Positions 51,044 through 64,000 of a stretch of 64,000 nucleotides of DNA are shown piece after piece (the first letter of the stretch is position 1; each line of letters opens with the position of its first letter). Location: the NCBI GenBank assembly GCA_010909165.1, contig MU008184.1, forward strand, positions 620,001-684,000, given 5' to 3'. A program made the translations under genes and the position numbers. Source of the DNA: Anthoceros angustus (Eukaryota; Plantae; Anthocerotophyta). A model generated the notes under the pieces. The model did not search any database. It was not told the origin of the DNA and saw only the letters and a list, made by a program, of their open reading frames with translations.

Positions 51044-52963
51044 ATGGAGCGTGAACGGGAACAGGAGGAGCTCGTGGAGCGGGTAAGAGAGAGCAGCAGC
51101 AGGGACTGGCGCGCAGCCCTTACCAAGGGTCTGGAAGATGGGGCAGCTGGGGTAGGCAGGCTGATGGCGCAGCTCCACGACATGTCCCCGGGGAAGGTGG
51201 TGCTTCTGGCGACTCTCCTCCTCTCCATCTCCTTCTACCTGGGCACGCTCTGGACTAAAGGCGGCGGCGGCGGCGGCGGGCAGCAGCAGCATGGGCAGCA
51301 GCAAGACCTGTCCTCCTCCTGGCTGCCCAACACCATCGGCCTGGCTAAGAGGCCGAACACGCTCCTGGGCACCCCGGACAAGGTGATGAACGTCTGCCCG
51401 GGCTCCTTCTCCGACTACGTCCCCTGCTACGACCCGGCCTACACCCAGACCCTGAATGTGACAGGGAGTGTGACGGCGGAAGATGCGTACGAGCGGCACT
51501 GCGAGGGGGCTGAGACGCGGCCCTTCTGCCTGGTGCCGCCTCCGGCAGGGTACCGGGTCCCGGTGCGATGGCCGGAGAGCAGGGATCATGTGTATCTGGC
51601 CAATGTGAACCACACGAAGCTGGCGCGGAAGAAGGGCGGGCAGAATTGGATGCGGGTGAACGGGAGCTGGGTGGAGTTCCCGGGGCGCGGGACGCACTTC
51701 ACGCGGGGAGCCGCGGAGTACATCCAGCGGATCGGGGACGCGGTGTCGCAGCAGCTGGGGGATCTGAACACGGCGGGGGTTTCGCAGGTGCTGGACGTGG
51801 GGTGCGGGGTGGCCAGCTTCGGGGCGTACTTGCTGGACCTGGGGATCCAGACCATGTGCTTCGCCGAGGTGGATAACCACGAGAGCAAGATCCAGTTCGT
51901 GCTGGAAAGAGGGTTGCCGGCCATGATCGCGTTTCTGGGAGGGTCGCGGCTGCCGTATCCGAGCCGGGCGTTCGAGATGGTGCATTGCTCGCGGTGTCGG
52001 GTTGGATGGCATGAGAAGGGCGGGGCGTACCTCATGGAGGTGGACAGGTTGCTGAGGGTGGGAGGGTTTTTTGTGTATTCGGCCCCGCCGGTGTATAATT
52101 CCCGGCGCCCGTTCAAGGCGCAGTGGGATTTCATGGTGAACTTGGCGGATTACATGTGCTGGAAGCTGGTGTCGCAGGACGCGCAGACGGCGGTGTGGCG
52201 GAAGACGGCGGGGAAGAAGTGCCAGCAGAAGATGCAGATGTATAAGTATATTACGGTGTGTGAGGACCAGGATATGGATAAGGCGTGGAATGTGACGCTG
52301 AAGGAGTGCGTGTATCCGCTGGAAGACGCGAGCGAGGTGGAAAGGCTCCCCAGGTGGCCTGATAGGCTGCATTACTTTCCCAGGAGGATGGGGAAGGTGT
52401 CGGAAAAGTATACCGAGGAGAAGTATAAGGAGGACTCGGCGCTGTGGGAGAAGCATGTTGAGTTCTACTGGAAGGTGATGGGGGTGGATGATAGTGCGAT
52501 AAGGAATGTGATGGATATGAATGCGATTCTGGGAGGGTTTGCTGCGGCGTTGGTGGGGAAGCCGTTGTGGGTTATGAATGTGGTGCCTGTGGGGATGAAG
52601 AACACTCTGCCTGTTATTTATGACAGAGGGCTGCTTGGGGTTGCGCATGACTGGGCTGAACCCTTCGGGACCTACCCTAGAACGTATGACCTCATCCACT
52701 CCTACAGGCTCATTTCCACTCTGCTTAAGAAGTCTGGCAAAGTGGGTAACCAGATTGTGGATCTCATGCTGGAAATGGACCGGATTCTGCGACCGAAGGG
52801 CTGGGTCATCATCCGGGACTCTTCAGCTTATGTGCAACAGGTTGCCGAGTTGGCTCCCAAGTTCTTGTGGAAAGCAGACATTCATCACATTTATGTGGGT
52901 GGCGAAGTTGATGAGCATGAGCTCATCCTGGTGTGCCAGAAACAGTTCTGGATCATACAATGA
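51044..52963 (+). CDS. PMT-family SAM-dependent methyltransferase (Methyltransf_29, putative pectin methyltransferase), intronless
   Basis: N-terminal TM, DYVPCYD, ERHC, VLDVGCGVASFG, RLPYPSRAFEMVHCSRC, IRNVMDMNA, YPRTYDLIH, EMDRILRP. Confidence 0.95.
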   Translation: MEREREQEELVERVRESSSRDWRAALTKGLEDGAAGVGRLMAQLHDMSPGKVVLLATLLLSISFYLGTLWTKGGGGGGGQQQHGQQQDLSSSWLPNTIGLAKRPNTLLGTPDKVMNVCPGSFSDYVPCYDPAYTQTLNVTGSVTAEDAYERHCEGAETRPFCLVPPPAGYRVPVRWPESRDHVYLANVNHTKLARKKGGQNWMRVNGSWVEFPGRGTHFTRGAAEYIQRIGDAVSQQLGDLNTAGVSQVLDVGCGVASFGAYLLDLGIQTMCFAEVDNHESKIQFVLERGLPAMIAFLGGSRLPYPSRAFEMVHCSRCRVGWHEKGGAYLMEVDRLLRVGGFFVYSAPPVYNSRRPFKAQWDFMVNLADYMCWKLVSQDAQTAVWRKTAGKKCQQKMQMYKYITVCEDQDMDKAWNVTLKECVYPLEDASEVERLPRWPDRLHYFPRRMGKVSEKYTEEKYKEDSALWEKHVEFYWKVMGVDDSAIRNVMDMNAILGGFAAALVGKPLWVMNVVPVGMKNTLPVIYDRGLLGVAHDWAEPFGTYPRTYDLIHSYRLISTLLKKSGKVGNQIVDLMLEMDRILRPKGWVIIRDSSAYVQQVAELAPKFLWKADIHHIYVGGEVDEHELILVCQKQFWIIQ

Positions 52964-52964
52964 T

Positions 52965-53200
52965 TTCCCCTCCTACAAGCAAAAGTGTTGGCAGTGGTTC
53001 TTTGCCAGCTGAAGGTCTTTCCCACCTCCTACAAACACAAGTGTTGACAGTGATTCTGTGCCAGCAAAAGGTTTTTCCCACCTCCTACAAGCAAGCACAA
53101 GTGTTGGCAGTGGTTTCGTGCCACCAGAACGTCTTTCCCATCTCCTACGAGCAAAATGTTGGCATTGATTTCGTGCCAGCAAGAGATCTTTCCCACCTCT
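52965..53200. repeat. ~57-60-bp tandem repeat x4 in the PMT 3' region
   Basis: TTTCCCACCTCCTACAAGCA..AAGTGTTGGCAGTG..TGCCAGC units. Confidence 0.8.
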
Positions 53201-53489
53201 TTCAGCAAATGGCTCCCAGCGAACAAAGGGAATGCCTGTTGCACCATGTGACTGAAGAGCATAACAATTTTGTTCTCGCTGCCTTCTGTAGACGCATTCC
53301 CGGTTCTGTGCCAATTGCAGTACTAGCTGACCGCAGGACCTGGAAGACGCGGCGGTGGATGCGCAGCGTCACGTTCCACGTGCCTGCTCATTTTTCCAAG
53401 ATTGTCGGGGCAACAACATGCACCGCTTGTCTGCTTATGTAGATCCCTAAGTCCTTAGCTTCGTGTGCAATAGCCGATAAGCTTAAGCC

Positions 53490-54829
53490 ATGGCCGGAGG
53501 GATGCCTTACGGTGAAGAGCCTGTGCAGTTCGTACAGCTCCCAGATTCAAGAAAAATTTCTTACAGAGTGCAGGGAGCCAGCCAAGACGATGCTAAGCAC
53601 AACCTCCTTGTCCTCCATGGCCTGGGATCCTCCAGGAAGGCTGGCATCCCAGGTCAGCTTTCGCGAACTTCACAACCCCCCTGCATTCCTCTCTGCACTT
53701 TGATTCAGTCACGTGGATCAATGGCAAGTGACCAGGTGCTGGCTGGACCCGTGTGTAGGTGTTTCTGACGACTTGCTCAAGGAGTTCGGTGTGCGAATGG
53801 TTGCCATTGACAGACCAGGCACGGGACAGAGTGACCCCGACTACCAACAGAGCTTCCTGTCGGTCTCCCAAGACGTTGAGTGCGTCATGGACAGCCTGGG
53901 CATGGGTGAGAAAGTGTGGTTGCTGGGATTCTCTTGTGGCGGTGGCTACTCATGGGCTGCTGCTTACCATATTCCCCACCGTGTTGCTGGTCTCATCCTC
54001 TTCTGTCCCGTCGGGAACTACTGTTGGAAGGTCTGCAAGCTATCCTTCGAATCATTCTCCTTGCAACGCACACTACTCTCTGCATGCCTGCCCTCGTGCC
54101 CACACACGCACGTCTCTAGTGTGTTATCCTAGTACACCGAGCTTTGCTAACGCCATGTCTTCTGCTGGCCAGGGCATCACCAGGGCAGAGAGGCGAGAAA
54201 TGTCAACCAGCCTAACAGCTTCCACTTTCATGGCTATGGGGAAGTACATACCCATCTGGCTCACTGCCTGGTACATGCGCACGATAATCGTTCCACGAGC
54301 TGGCGTGACGTGGGTGCAGTCGTGCCAGAAGAAGCTGTCACCCCCTGATCGCGCTCACCTGCTGCAATTGGAAGCTTCAGCGGATTTGATGCGCAGGTGA
54401 GCACTTGTAGCAATCCACACCACCTTCTCGTCTGGAAATTGATCAAATTGAACCAGGATTCTCATACACTTTGAACAACGTTGCCTCTTTCACTCCTGCA
54501 GGGATAATATGGAGTCTCTCACACTCAGCCAGGGTTACGGCATGGCCAAGGACCTCGAAATCGTTTCCCGAGATTGGGGATTTGAACCACAAGATATTCC
54601 CAAGGTTTTCAAAGGACCCATCCACCTATGGCACGGAGACCAGGACTGGCTGGTGCCCCTCAAGCTACAGCTGTGGATCAAATCCCAAATCCCTGAGGCA
54701 GTAACTCTTCATGTCCTGGAAGGAGAAGGGCACCTTTCCTGGTTCTGCTTTAACGACAAGGCACATCGGCAAGTCCTGAGCACAGCATTCCGCCTTCCGC
54801 ACCCCGCACAACTAGAAGCCTGGAGGTGA
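53490..54829 (+). CDS. Alpha/beta-hydrolase family protein, multi-exon
   Basis: LVLHGLGSSR, IDRPGTGQSDP, GFSCGG nucleophile elbow, HLWHGDQDWLVP, GEGH. Confidence 0.9.
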
Positions 54830-56149
54830 AGCATGCTCGTTGTCGAAAATCCATGCAGACGTTGGATCAACACTCTACTCAGCCTTAAACCGGACCGGAT
54901 CCTCCATCCTTAGCAACGTCGAGTACAGTTGGAAGCAACCCAGCTGCCACAAGTCGGGTGACCAAGCGGCTCCGGGAAACGGGCTCCTGCGAGGTGGGTC
55001 CCGACCTTTGTGAACGGGGTCCGTCCCGTGGCCCGCACCGGGTGACCGTCTAAGTCTCCAGTCTAAGCTTGTTGTCTCTCATTGAACAGTTTTCCCAGGT
55101 CTTGGCTTGTTAACTCTCCTTTCCAAGCTTACGTCGCTTTCTCCATTTTCATGTTTATATATTTAACATAAATATGTCTATTATATTTATATATAATTAA
55201 TATTTGATATTGAAAATAAAACCTATAATATCATAAGCAATTCAGTTTTTTAGTATGATTAGGGCTTTATTAAAGATTAACAAACAATATAAAGCTCTAC
55301 AAACATATCGTCAATGTCCAAGACTCGAAACCAACTTCTTAATTGCAACTTGCTGCAACCACACCTAATATAAGTAGTTAAATTGGTGAACTATTCAACT
55401 TGAAACAATCCATATTTAAGGTTAATATTGATTAATCATCCATGGTTTTTCATACATGCACAATGAACTCCAAACAAACGACTTTTTTGCCTATTTGTGA
55501 TACACGTATACATAATCTTTCTCAACTGGACACAACACACATAATTTGGTCATCCTCTCCAATATCAAAGATGTGGGTTCTCGATTGATTTGTGTACAAG
55601 TGGGTAAAAGTGGTGAATATTAAGGATACGCCACAAACATAATGTCTAGATCATGTTGAACCAATAAAAACTACATAGAAGACATGATTATGTATGAAAC
55701 ACAAAAATCATGACAGGAATGATAGAAAAATACTAATAAAAACTAAAGACATGAGGGAAGCACAATTACTTCTTATGTTGTGACATTGGGTTATCCAGAA
55801 GTATCAATATAGAGTGCAGACCATTACCATTATTAAACAAGTGGTCTCACACCAATGCTAGAAGTCATAAGGGTAGGACTAATTCTCACCATATGTGCTT
55901 TTATCTTTATCTTTATCTAGAGGGTGATCTCCCAGGGAAGACCTCACACAAGGTAGGCTCCCGCGCCAAATAGTGGGATGATTTCAAATAATACACATCC
56001 ACCTAGAGTGGAATGATTTCAAGGAGGAGGCCAATGTGCCTAGAGTGGGACGATTTCAAAGGACCCGAAAGGGGGCGTAAAGGATGGCGCCCCATCCCGG
56101 TACGAATCCACCCATGTGAGGGAGGTTGGCGTGCCCGTAAAGTCACTGT

Positions 56150-56400
56150 GAAACAACTTGAAAGAACACACATCTGCCCGTTAAGAGGCACAAAGAATGG
56201 CTCCCCATCCAGACGAAAGGCCAGCGCACCCATAAACGGCGCACCCATTTGAAAGAACACACAGCTGCCCGTCAAGGGACGCAAAGAATGGCTCCCCATC
56301 CTGACAAAAAGCCGGCACACCCACAAACGACGCACCCACAAAGTGAAATGATTTGAAGAGAACACATTTGCCTGTCGAGAGGCGCAAAAAATGGCACTGC
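56150..56400. repeat. ~90-bp imperfect repeat x3
   Basis: GAAAGAACACACAxCTGCCCGT..GCAAAGAATGGCTCCCCATCC units. Confidence 0.7.
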
Positions 56401-57432
56401 ATCCTTGTACTGATCAGCCCGTAGGCTGCTTAACTGAAGAGTTATTATCTTAAGAACAACAACAACAATGGTATACATGTCCACTAAGGGTGAAAGGTGC
56501 ACCATGGGACAAAAAAAGCACAGCGAAAAAGTGGTAGAAAAAAAATCATACACTTACATACATCTGAACTAAAGAGACAGACTCAGTGAAAAGGAAGTAA
56601 TGCAAACACAAGCGGAACCGAACTAGTGTATGTGCAGCCCCACTCTTGAAATAGTTTGAAGTGTAGTGATGTGAATTGAAGTGTTGTGCGCAACTTCAAT
56701 TCACATATAATGTGGAGGACAAAAAGCTTTGAGTTCTATGGGGTGAGAAGGTGGACCGGTGAAGTTTTGTCATCTAGAATTTCAATGCTGCCAGACCAGC
56801 AATGGATTGTTTCAAAATAAGGAGGGTATGGAGGCAAGGGATATAAAAATATGTATCGCAATATTAAATATATATATAAATATTACAATCCAGAGAAAAA
56901 AGAAGATAATGGAGATGATAATTATCAAGTATTATGAGCCTGTAAAAGAGTTAGAAAAAAAAAGTGACAGTTGTGAAATGTCTTAAAATAAATGCACTTA
57001 GTGGGGTATCCGACGTGATCGTTTCCATTCATGTGGCCATGTTCAGCATTCATGGCCAGTCTGGTCTGGCAATGCCACCTTATCCTACCATTGGTGGTTG
57101 TCCACGTTATGAAGCGGCAAAGCTATCCATGGCCACATTAGGGCACGACTCAAGGTCAGGAGATAATGCACAAGGCTTCAGAGTCTAGATATGTCTGCAA
57201 AATAGAATTATCCCAGGATGTTTAGTTTGAAGAAGTCCCAAAATGGACTTATTATCCTAAGTAGCAAACAAAGCACAAGAAGATTAACTAGCAAAAACCT
57301 AATCCCACGAACAAGGATAAGCCATATTAGCTGACCTGAGATGCTTGTGACAACCGACACAATGCTATGGAAGAAGGACAAGGTGTGGGACAAGTATGTA
57401 TGTTTCTTCATTATTAAGAAGATAATCTATTA

Positions 57433-57649
57433 GAAGAAGAAGAAGAATTTTATTTAAGTCCACTAAGGACGGATTTCCATCATGGGACTTGGTACTTAAC
57501 AACTTGTACCATGGTGTGCCTAAGCTACTTGCACCAAGGGCATCCACTCTCTTTAGGCACCCCATCTAAGTACCGATCTAAGCCAGGATGCTTAATCACG
57601 AGGTTCTTATAATTGTGTGTCCATTTGGCCTAAGCCATTTGGACACACA
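57433..57649 (-). mobile_element. Copy of the (TTC)n-tailed structured repeat
   Basis: Near-identical to 21614-21832 and 27866-28068. Confidence 0.85.
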
Positions 57650-59297
57650 TTATAGAGAAGGCAGACATCTCCAAATCCAAATTCTTATGGACTTGCAACT
57701 CCTACATATATAGCCTTTTAGTCTTATATTGTGCTATCTTCTTGGTTCATCTCGACCATAGCCTGCTAAATATTCCTTTTATTCTCTAGAAAGCTATTCC
57801 ATAGATATAGCTTGCCCTTTTTATATTTATCTTAGTATTCTAGAATTAATCTAAATATCTATGGACAAATCCTTATGTTTAGGGTCCTCCCATCATACCA
57901 CATGTCATACATCATCCACATGCCACATGACATACATAAGTCACATGCCATGCCATACCCATAGCATCATCCATCGTACCAACCTAGCTACCCGACCTAC
58001 AATCTACTATCTTTATTTTGTACATAGCTTATGATCCATCTATGCCTTGACATGGCCTATCTGATGTGCCTCTGTTTTTTCATCCTAACAAGGGCACCTA
58101 GGTAGTTGTGGCATTTCCTCACGCAGTCGCTAAATCAGAAGAACCTGTTTGGATCATGCTCTCATGGCTTTCTTCATCAGGAATCTTGTTCAGGTCGAAG
58201 CTGTGTTCAATGTTCTCCCGTCCATTCAAACTCTTGTTCTCCATATCTGAAGAAAATCTAGTCCCCATTTGGATCATGCTCTCATGACTTTCTTCATCAG
58301 GAATCTTGTTCAGGTCGAAGTTGTGTTTAACGTTCACCCGTCCATTCAAACTCTTGTTCTCCATATTCGAAGAAAATCTAGCCATGGATCCATCACCTAA
58401 CAATACCTCAGTTCTATCCATAGTCCCCAGATAAGGGGGATACAATGATAGTGTCTAGACTCTTTTGTGACTTTGCACATATGCCTCAATTTCATGTGCA
58501 TGCGCTACCGCCAGATGAGGAGCCAACTGGCCAATATTCTTTTGACTTGCCTCGAAAGATCTAGAGTAGTCAGGCTCATGGAGCCATCTTCATATTTGTC
58601 TTGCTCAAACCTCGTCTCCTCTACATCAAAACCAAAATTTGGTATAGTATTATATAGAGTAGATGCCTCAGGTGGAGATCAACCAAACCAGATCAAGCTA
58701 ACTTGATGAACCATAACACATGAAAGATGACCATCTTACTTACCACTGCCCACTCCAACTGTTAAGCCACTATTGTTTCCCAACCAAGTAAGGGCATCTA
58801 ATGGCACTAGTGAGATTGCGGCATTGCCTTGGAATTCTCTAATTAGCAAGAACTCATATCCATGTCGCCTAACATCTGTATATCCATACCTAATTGTGAG
58901 CTATCCCATTGACAGTGAATGCATATCTATGTCTTTTATAATTTATATAACTATATTTTTCATTAAAAAACAACACTTCACCTCTCTATGGGCATGGGGA
59001 GATAGACCCATCAGCCTTGTGCTTGATACTTGTTCCTATTGATAATCCATGGTACCCTGTGTCAGGTTGTTTAGTGGCTCTGTCATTGCATGAACGATGA
59101 CGTTTTAGTTGATTGAGACTCCGACGACTCGAATTGTCCCATTTTATACTATGGTGAACCTAATAAGGTAGTAGCGACAAAACTGAAAGCACTTAGTGCG
59201 GAAAGTCCTTAGTTTAGAAAACACTTATGTAGCTCTAGTTTGGAAAGTGTGGAGTCGAGTCCTCCGGCTCGCATCTGGCGGCCGAGCTTGGGATGCC

Positions 59298-62200
59298 ATG
59301 GTCTCGCGAGGAGGAGGCCTGGCCGGCCTGCTGCTGCTGCTGCTGCTGCTGTGCGGGGCCGCGGTTTCTTGGAAGGAGAACGAGTTTCGAAAGTGTCATC
59401 AGGCGCCGTTCTGTAAGGAGGCGCGGGAGAGGGCTCCCGGGAGCAGCGGGTGTGTGGTGCAGGATGTGAGCCTGAGCAAGGGCCGGCTGCGGGCCAGGGT
59501 TGTGCCGGAAGGAGGCGGGGACGCGCTGGTGCTCAAGATCTCGGTGTACAAGGACGGCATTGTGAGGCTTCGAGTGCAGGAGGAGAGCCTCCCCTCAGGG
59601 AAGCGCAGATTCGAGGTGCCGGACGTGTTGGAGGCGGATTTGGAGCAGAGAAGACTGTGGCTGCAGCGCGTTGCGGACGAGGATGGGGCCTCGGTGGCGT
59701 ACCTCTCGCCAGGGCACGAGATCGTGCTGCAGCATCGCCCCTTCCAGCTGCACGTCCGGCGCACCGAGGGCCGGAAGGAGAATCTGGTTTCCGTCAACGG
59801 CAAGGGCCTGTTCCACATGGATCATCTGCGGGACCGGCAGGAGGGAGATAATTGGGAGGAGACGTTCCGGTCTGTGACGGATTCCAGGCCAAATGGCCCG
59901 CAGTCCATTGCTCTGGATGTCACCTTCCATAGTGCAGAGCATGTGTACGGCATTCCCGAGCATGCTTCCAGCTTGGCTCTCAGGCCGACTCGGGGGCCGG
60001 GGATCCAGTCGGAGCCGTACCGCCTCTTCAATCTTGATGTGTTTGAGTATATCCATGATTCTCCCTTCGGGCTGTATGGATCGGTGCCGTTCATGCTGTC
60101 ACACGGGCCTGACGGCTCTTCCGGCTTCTTCTGGCTCAATGCGGCTGAGATGCAGGTTGACGTGATGGCGCCTGGTTGGGACCAGGATGTGTTGGTGCAG
60201 GAGGTGTCTGGGGAGGAGGATGGTGACGGGAGCAGGATTAGCTCTGGCGTCGAAGCTGAGCATTCGGGAATCGATACTCTGTGGACGGCGGAAAGCGGGA
60301 TGCTGGATGTCTTCATATTTGTGGGACCTGGACCTAAGGATGTCGTGAAGCAGTACGCTTCTCTCACTGGCACTACCAGACTTCCGCAGCTCTTCTCTAT
60401 AGCATATCACCAGTGCCGATGGAACTACAGGGACGAGGCCGACGTGGCTGAAGTGGATGCCAAATTTGACGAGTATGACATCCCTTACGATGTTCTTTGG
60501 CTGGACATCGAGCATACTGATGGGAAGATGTATTTCACGTGGGATAGCATTTTGTTCCCTGATCCTATAGCGATGCAGAACAAGCTGGCTGCTAAGGGAC
60601 GACATATGGTCGCAATTGTTGACCCTCATATCAAAAGAAACGACAACTTTCCCCTGCACAAGGAGGCAACGAACAAGGGTTACTATGTCAAGGATAAGAC
60701 CGGAAATGATTATAACGGATGGTGCTGGCCTGGAGCTTCATCGTACCTGGATATGCTAAGTCCCGAAATCCGTGATTGGTGGGCAGGAAAATTCTCTTAC
60801 AGCAGCTATTTGGGGTCTACTCCTAGCCTGTATATCTGGAACGACATGAATGAACCATCTGTCTTCAACGGACCAGAGGTAACAGAGATCTGTTCGTATT
60901 GGATGTCAACTCAAGTCTTGTCAATGGCCACATTGTTTGCTTTATCTACTCGATGCTTTTTTCTTCTGCTCTGTTCGCAGGCAACCATGCCCCGGGATAA
61001 TATTCACTTTGGAAATGTGGAACACCGGGACGTGCATAATGCTTATGGCTACTACTTCCATATGGCGTCAGCGGATGGTCTTTTGAAGAGGAATGACGGA
61101 ACGGACAGGCCCTTTGTCCTCTCAAGGGCTTTCTTTGCTGGCACCCAGAAAATTGGTCCCGTGTGGACAGGAGACAACACTGGAGACTGGGACCACCTTC
61201 GTGTTTCTGTTCCCATGATCTTGAGTTCTGGTGTCGCAGCAATTGCGTTTACAGGTATGATGCTTTGAACTTCATCGCATTGAATTTGTTCTGATAATCA
61301 TGTGTTGTTGGATGGTCCATTTTCCCAGTTTGCTTCGTAAGCATTCCCGCTGCAATGGGTGGAATTCTCTCTGCTTACTGTTTCTGACAGCGGATATGTT
61401 CCTGTAGGGGCTGATGTTGGAGGATTTTTTGGAAACCCAGAGCCCGAACTACTGGTACGATTTTATCAACTAGGTGCCTTTTACCCCTTTTTCCGTGCGC
61501 ATGCTCACCTGGACACTAAAAGAAGAGAACCTTGGCTTTTTGGGTATGTTCCCTTCTTTTTTCCCATCCGAATTTCAGACTAAGTGGCAGGTGAGAAGTT
61601 GTGCATACTCATTGGAATGACAATTGTCCACTGCTGAACCCTTGCAGGGAGCCATATACTTCTATTATTCGAGAGGCTATCCGCACTCGGTATGCACTTC
61701 TTCCTTTGTACTATACACTTTTCCGGGAAGCTAGTGTGAACGGACTTCCAGTAGCGCGGCCTCTGTGGATGGAGTTTCCAGAGGACAAGGGGTCTTATTC
61801 CATTGATGATGAGTTCTTGGTGGGCAACAGTTTATTGGTTCATGGGGTCTACTCAAAGGTGTGAACTCTTCCTAATTGTCTCTTCTGCTTGTGCCGGGGT
61901 TTAATCAATGCTGATGATGGTCGATATGGAGGAGTACTCTTTGGGATGACACCTTGAGGGCACGTTTTCGTCGTTCAGGGAGCCACGTCAGAAACGGTGT
62001 ACCTTCCTGGCACTGAGCCCTGGTATTGGTACAACACTGGAGCTCTCTATGAAGGAGGCCGAGAGCACAAAATTTCTGTCTCACTTGAGACAATCCCTGT
62101 TTTCCAACGAGCTGGTACCATCATTCCCCGCAAAGATAGAGCTCGACGCAGCTCAACTCAAATGGAGAAGGATCCGTACACTCTAGTAAGTAATCCTTCA

Positions 62201-62650
62201 GGTTCATTTTTAGATCAGAATCATGGCTTTTGGAGGGTTGTTTGACATCTGCTTGCTGCGCAGGTGATTGCCTTGAACTCATTCTCTCAGGCTGAGGGTG
62301 AGCTCTACATTGATGATGGTAAGAGCTATGAATTTGAACAAGGTGCTTTCATTCATCGGGCTTTTAAATATGCCGAGGGTCGACTTTGTTCGTCAAAGGC
62401 ATCTAGTACTCCCTCGAGTGGTGCTCAGGTCTTTTCAACACCATGCGTAGTTGAACGGATCATAATCCATGGATTGAACCCAAAGGATTACAAGAGCAAT
62501 CATGAAGCAGTACTTGAAAGCTCAGGTATCTCAGTAGTTGTGGAAGTTGATTCCCCTGTTCAACGGAAGGGTCAGGGAAAATCTTCTGTCGTCACGATCA
62601 GAGCCCCGAATCTGCCCATATCTGGAGACTGGTGCTTGAAAATTTTGTAG
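59298..62650 (+). CDS. RSW3: Glucosidase II alpha subunit (GH31), multi-exon
   Basis: Signal peptide, [40 protein letters not shown] catalytic motif, [19 protein letters not shown]. Confidence 0.96.
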
Positions 62651-64000
62651 ACCTATTCTTCCTGGGTTCCTGTTTGTCGACAACAGACTCTGGAAAGTCA
62701 CTCAGGTAAATTTCGTCAACCTCTAGTACGTGAAAGATGTATCTACTTGCTTGAGACATTTCGCGAGGAGAACGATCTCGTTTCCGTGAATGCCTAACTG
62801 CGGGTCTTACAACACTTCAATGCTTTTGTCACTTTGCACAGGTGACAAGAAGGCAGGAGCCTGTATTCCATAGATCTTGACCTGCACGTGGCTCCTTACT
62901 CTTTGCTTCCTGCTGCGACATGGGGGAGCAATTAGAGCTCGTAGGCTCGTGAAGTGCGTAGGCTACGAAGCAGTCCTGGAACTCTACTCTGGCCGTGCCC
63001 GCAAAGGTGCAGAGATATGAAGCTGAGCACCCAGAGCGTATAAGCAGGTTTAGCAGGCCTATTTGCTGATGCCAGCCGTGGAACCCGTTTGCCGAAGCCT
63101 GTGCAATGTGCAATGCATAGAACTGGCAGTGCTCTTGGCAAGACTTGGACTATGAGCTTGACTTTGGGTTTTCGAGCCTTCCTCGTATGCGCCCCTTCGG
63201 AGTCAACTGTGGATTTGATGGAGACGGCGAGAGGATGACAAGTGGCACCAAGTCGGGCTCAGTTGCAACCCGCGTTTTTCGAACCTGGGCCTGTTCACGA
63301 GCAAGTTCAGGACCCATACAACCTCTGGCAGGCAAGGTTCGACTCCGTTAATCGCGAAGTGATGTGTTGCCAGTGCAACAAAGATCGAACTCCTACTTGC
63401 TATTTGATCGAGTAGGCAAGTGGAGGCAAGTGTAGTTCTTTTGACGATGGTAATCAGAAGCGAAATTTCTACGTCGACCGCCTGGAGGTGGCACGCGTGA
63501 CGCGGGGTAATAAGTAAGCGTAACACAGCATACGGTAACGACGGCCGTGTGGGGCATTGCAAGTCTTTTCCTTGTCCTGGTGTGAACATATAGCAACTGC
63601 TCGCTCTCACACAGAGTGATTTATGATTCTTGAAGAAGAAAAAGCACAAAATACAGATTGCCGCAGCCAGCTTTCAGTAATTCGCAGTGTTGGAGGTCAT
63701 CGGGGACTTGATATGAATCTCACTTGAAGTAAGCCGGCATGACGACGGTTTGCAGGAGAGAGAAGATGACACCAAATTCGGTGTCAGACTCCTTCAGGTC
63801 TCTCCCTTCTTCACGCGCCAACATAGTCTTGTATCTCTGCATCCAATCCATAGAGTCCCATCCTTCAATCACATCCCGGGACTTCCCTGTCCAGTTCTTG
63901 AAACTGGATCCTCGTACTGGGAGACAGCTTCAACCTGCGCTTCGAGCGCGTCTACATGTACAGACAGAATGGAGAAGTAAGCGCGCAAGGGATCAAATGT

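Noticed and set aside
50741-52699. 652-aa antisense ORF
   Set aside because: Shadow frame of the GC-rich PMT coding sequence; no recognisable motifs.
58450-58930. Possible chromodomain/Gypsy relic on the minus strand
   Set aside because: Similarity is too weak and interrupted to support a call.
62700-64000. Short ORFs and a possible last exon of a minus-strand gene near 63870-63950
   Set aside because: No recognisable domain; cannot be judged without the next window.

Overview
Eukaryotic nuclear DNA from a compact land-plant genome. The short GT-AG introns, PLS-PPR, ELIP, PnsB5 and a flagellar radial-spoke NDK suggest a seed-free plant, probably a hornwort or lycophyte (inference). From 13.7 to 62.7 kb the window is gene-dense: two germin-like genes, organellar ProRS, GH17, PPR-E+, tRNA-Asn, an OCT transporter, ELIP, NME5/RSP23-like, tRNA-Gly, PnsB5, SPIRAL1, a SET/LSMT-like gene, two PP2C copies, a PMT methyltransferase, an alpha/beta hydrolase and glucosidase II alpha, with retroelement relics and minisatellites between them. 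The most unusual part is 1-12.3 kb, an indel-ridden, element-like block. It carries an apparently intron-containing gene for a ParB/Srx-like domain followed by two different prokaryote-type beta-class amino-DNA methyltransferase (N4C/N6A) domains. About 14 copies of a GC-rich 22-bp palindrome (GGGCGCCGGCATGCCGGCGCCC) lie in and around that gene, and it converges on a Gag with multiple Zn knuckles and no pol. The second highlight is a tandem duplication at 46.3-51.5 kb that can produce an in-frame chimeric PMT-anchor/PP2C gene. Family calls come from motif recognition by eye, and exon and repeat boundaries are approximate.
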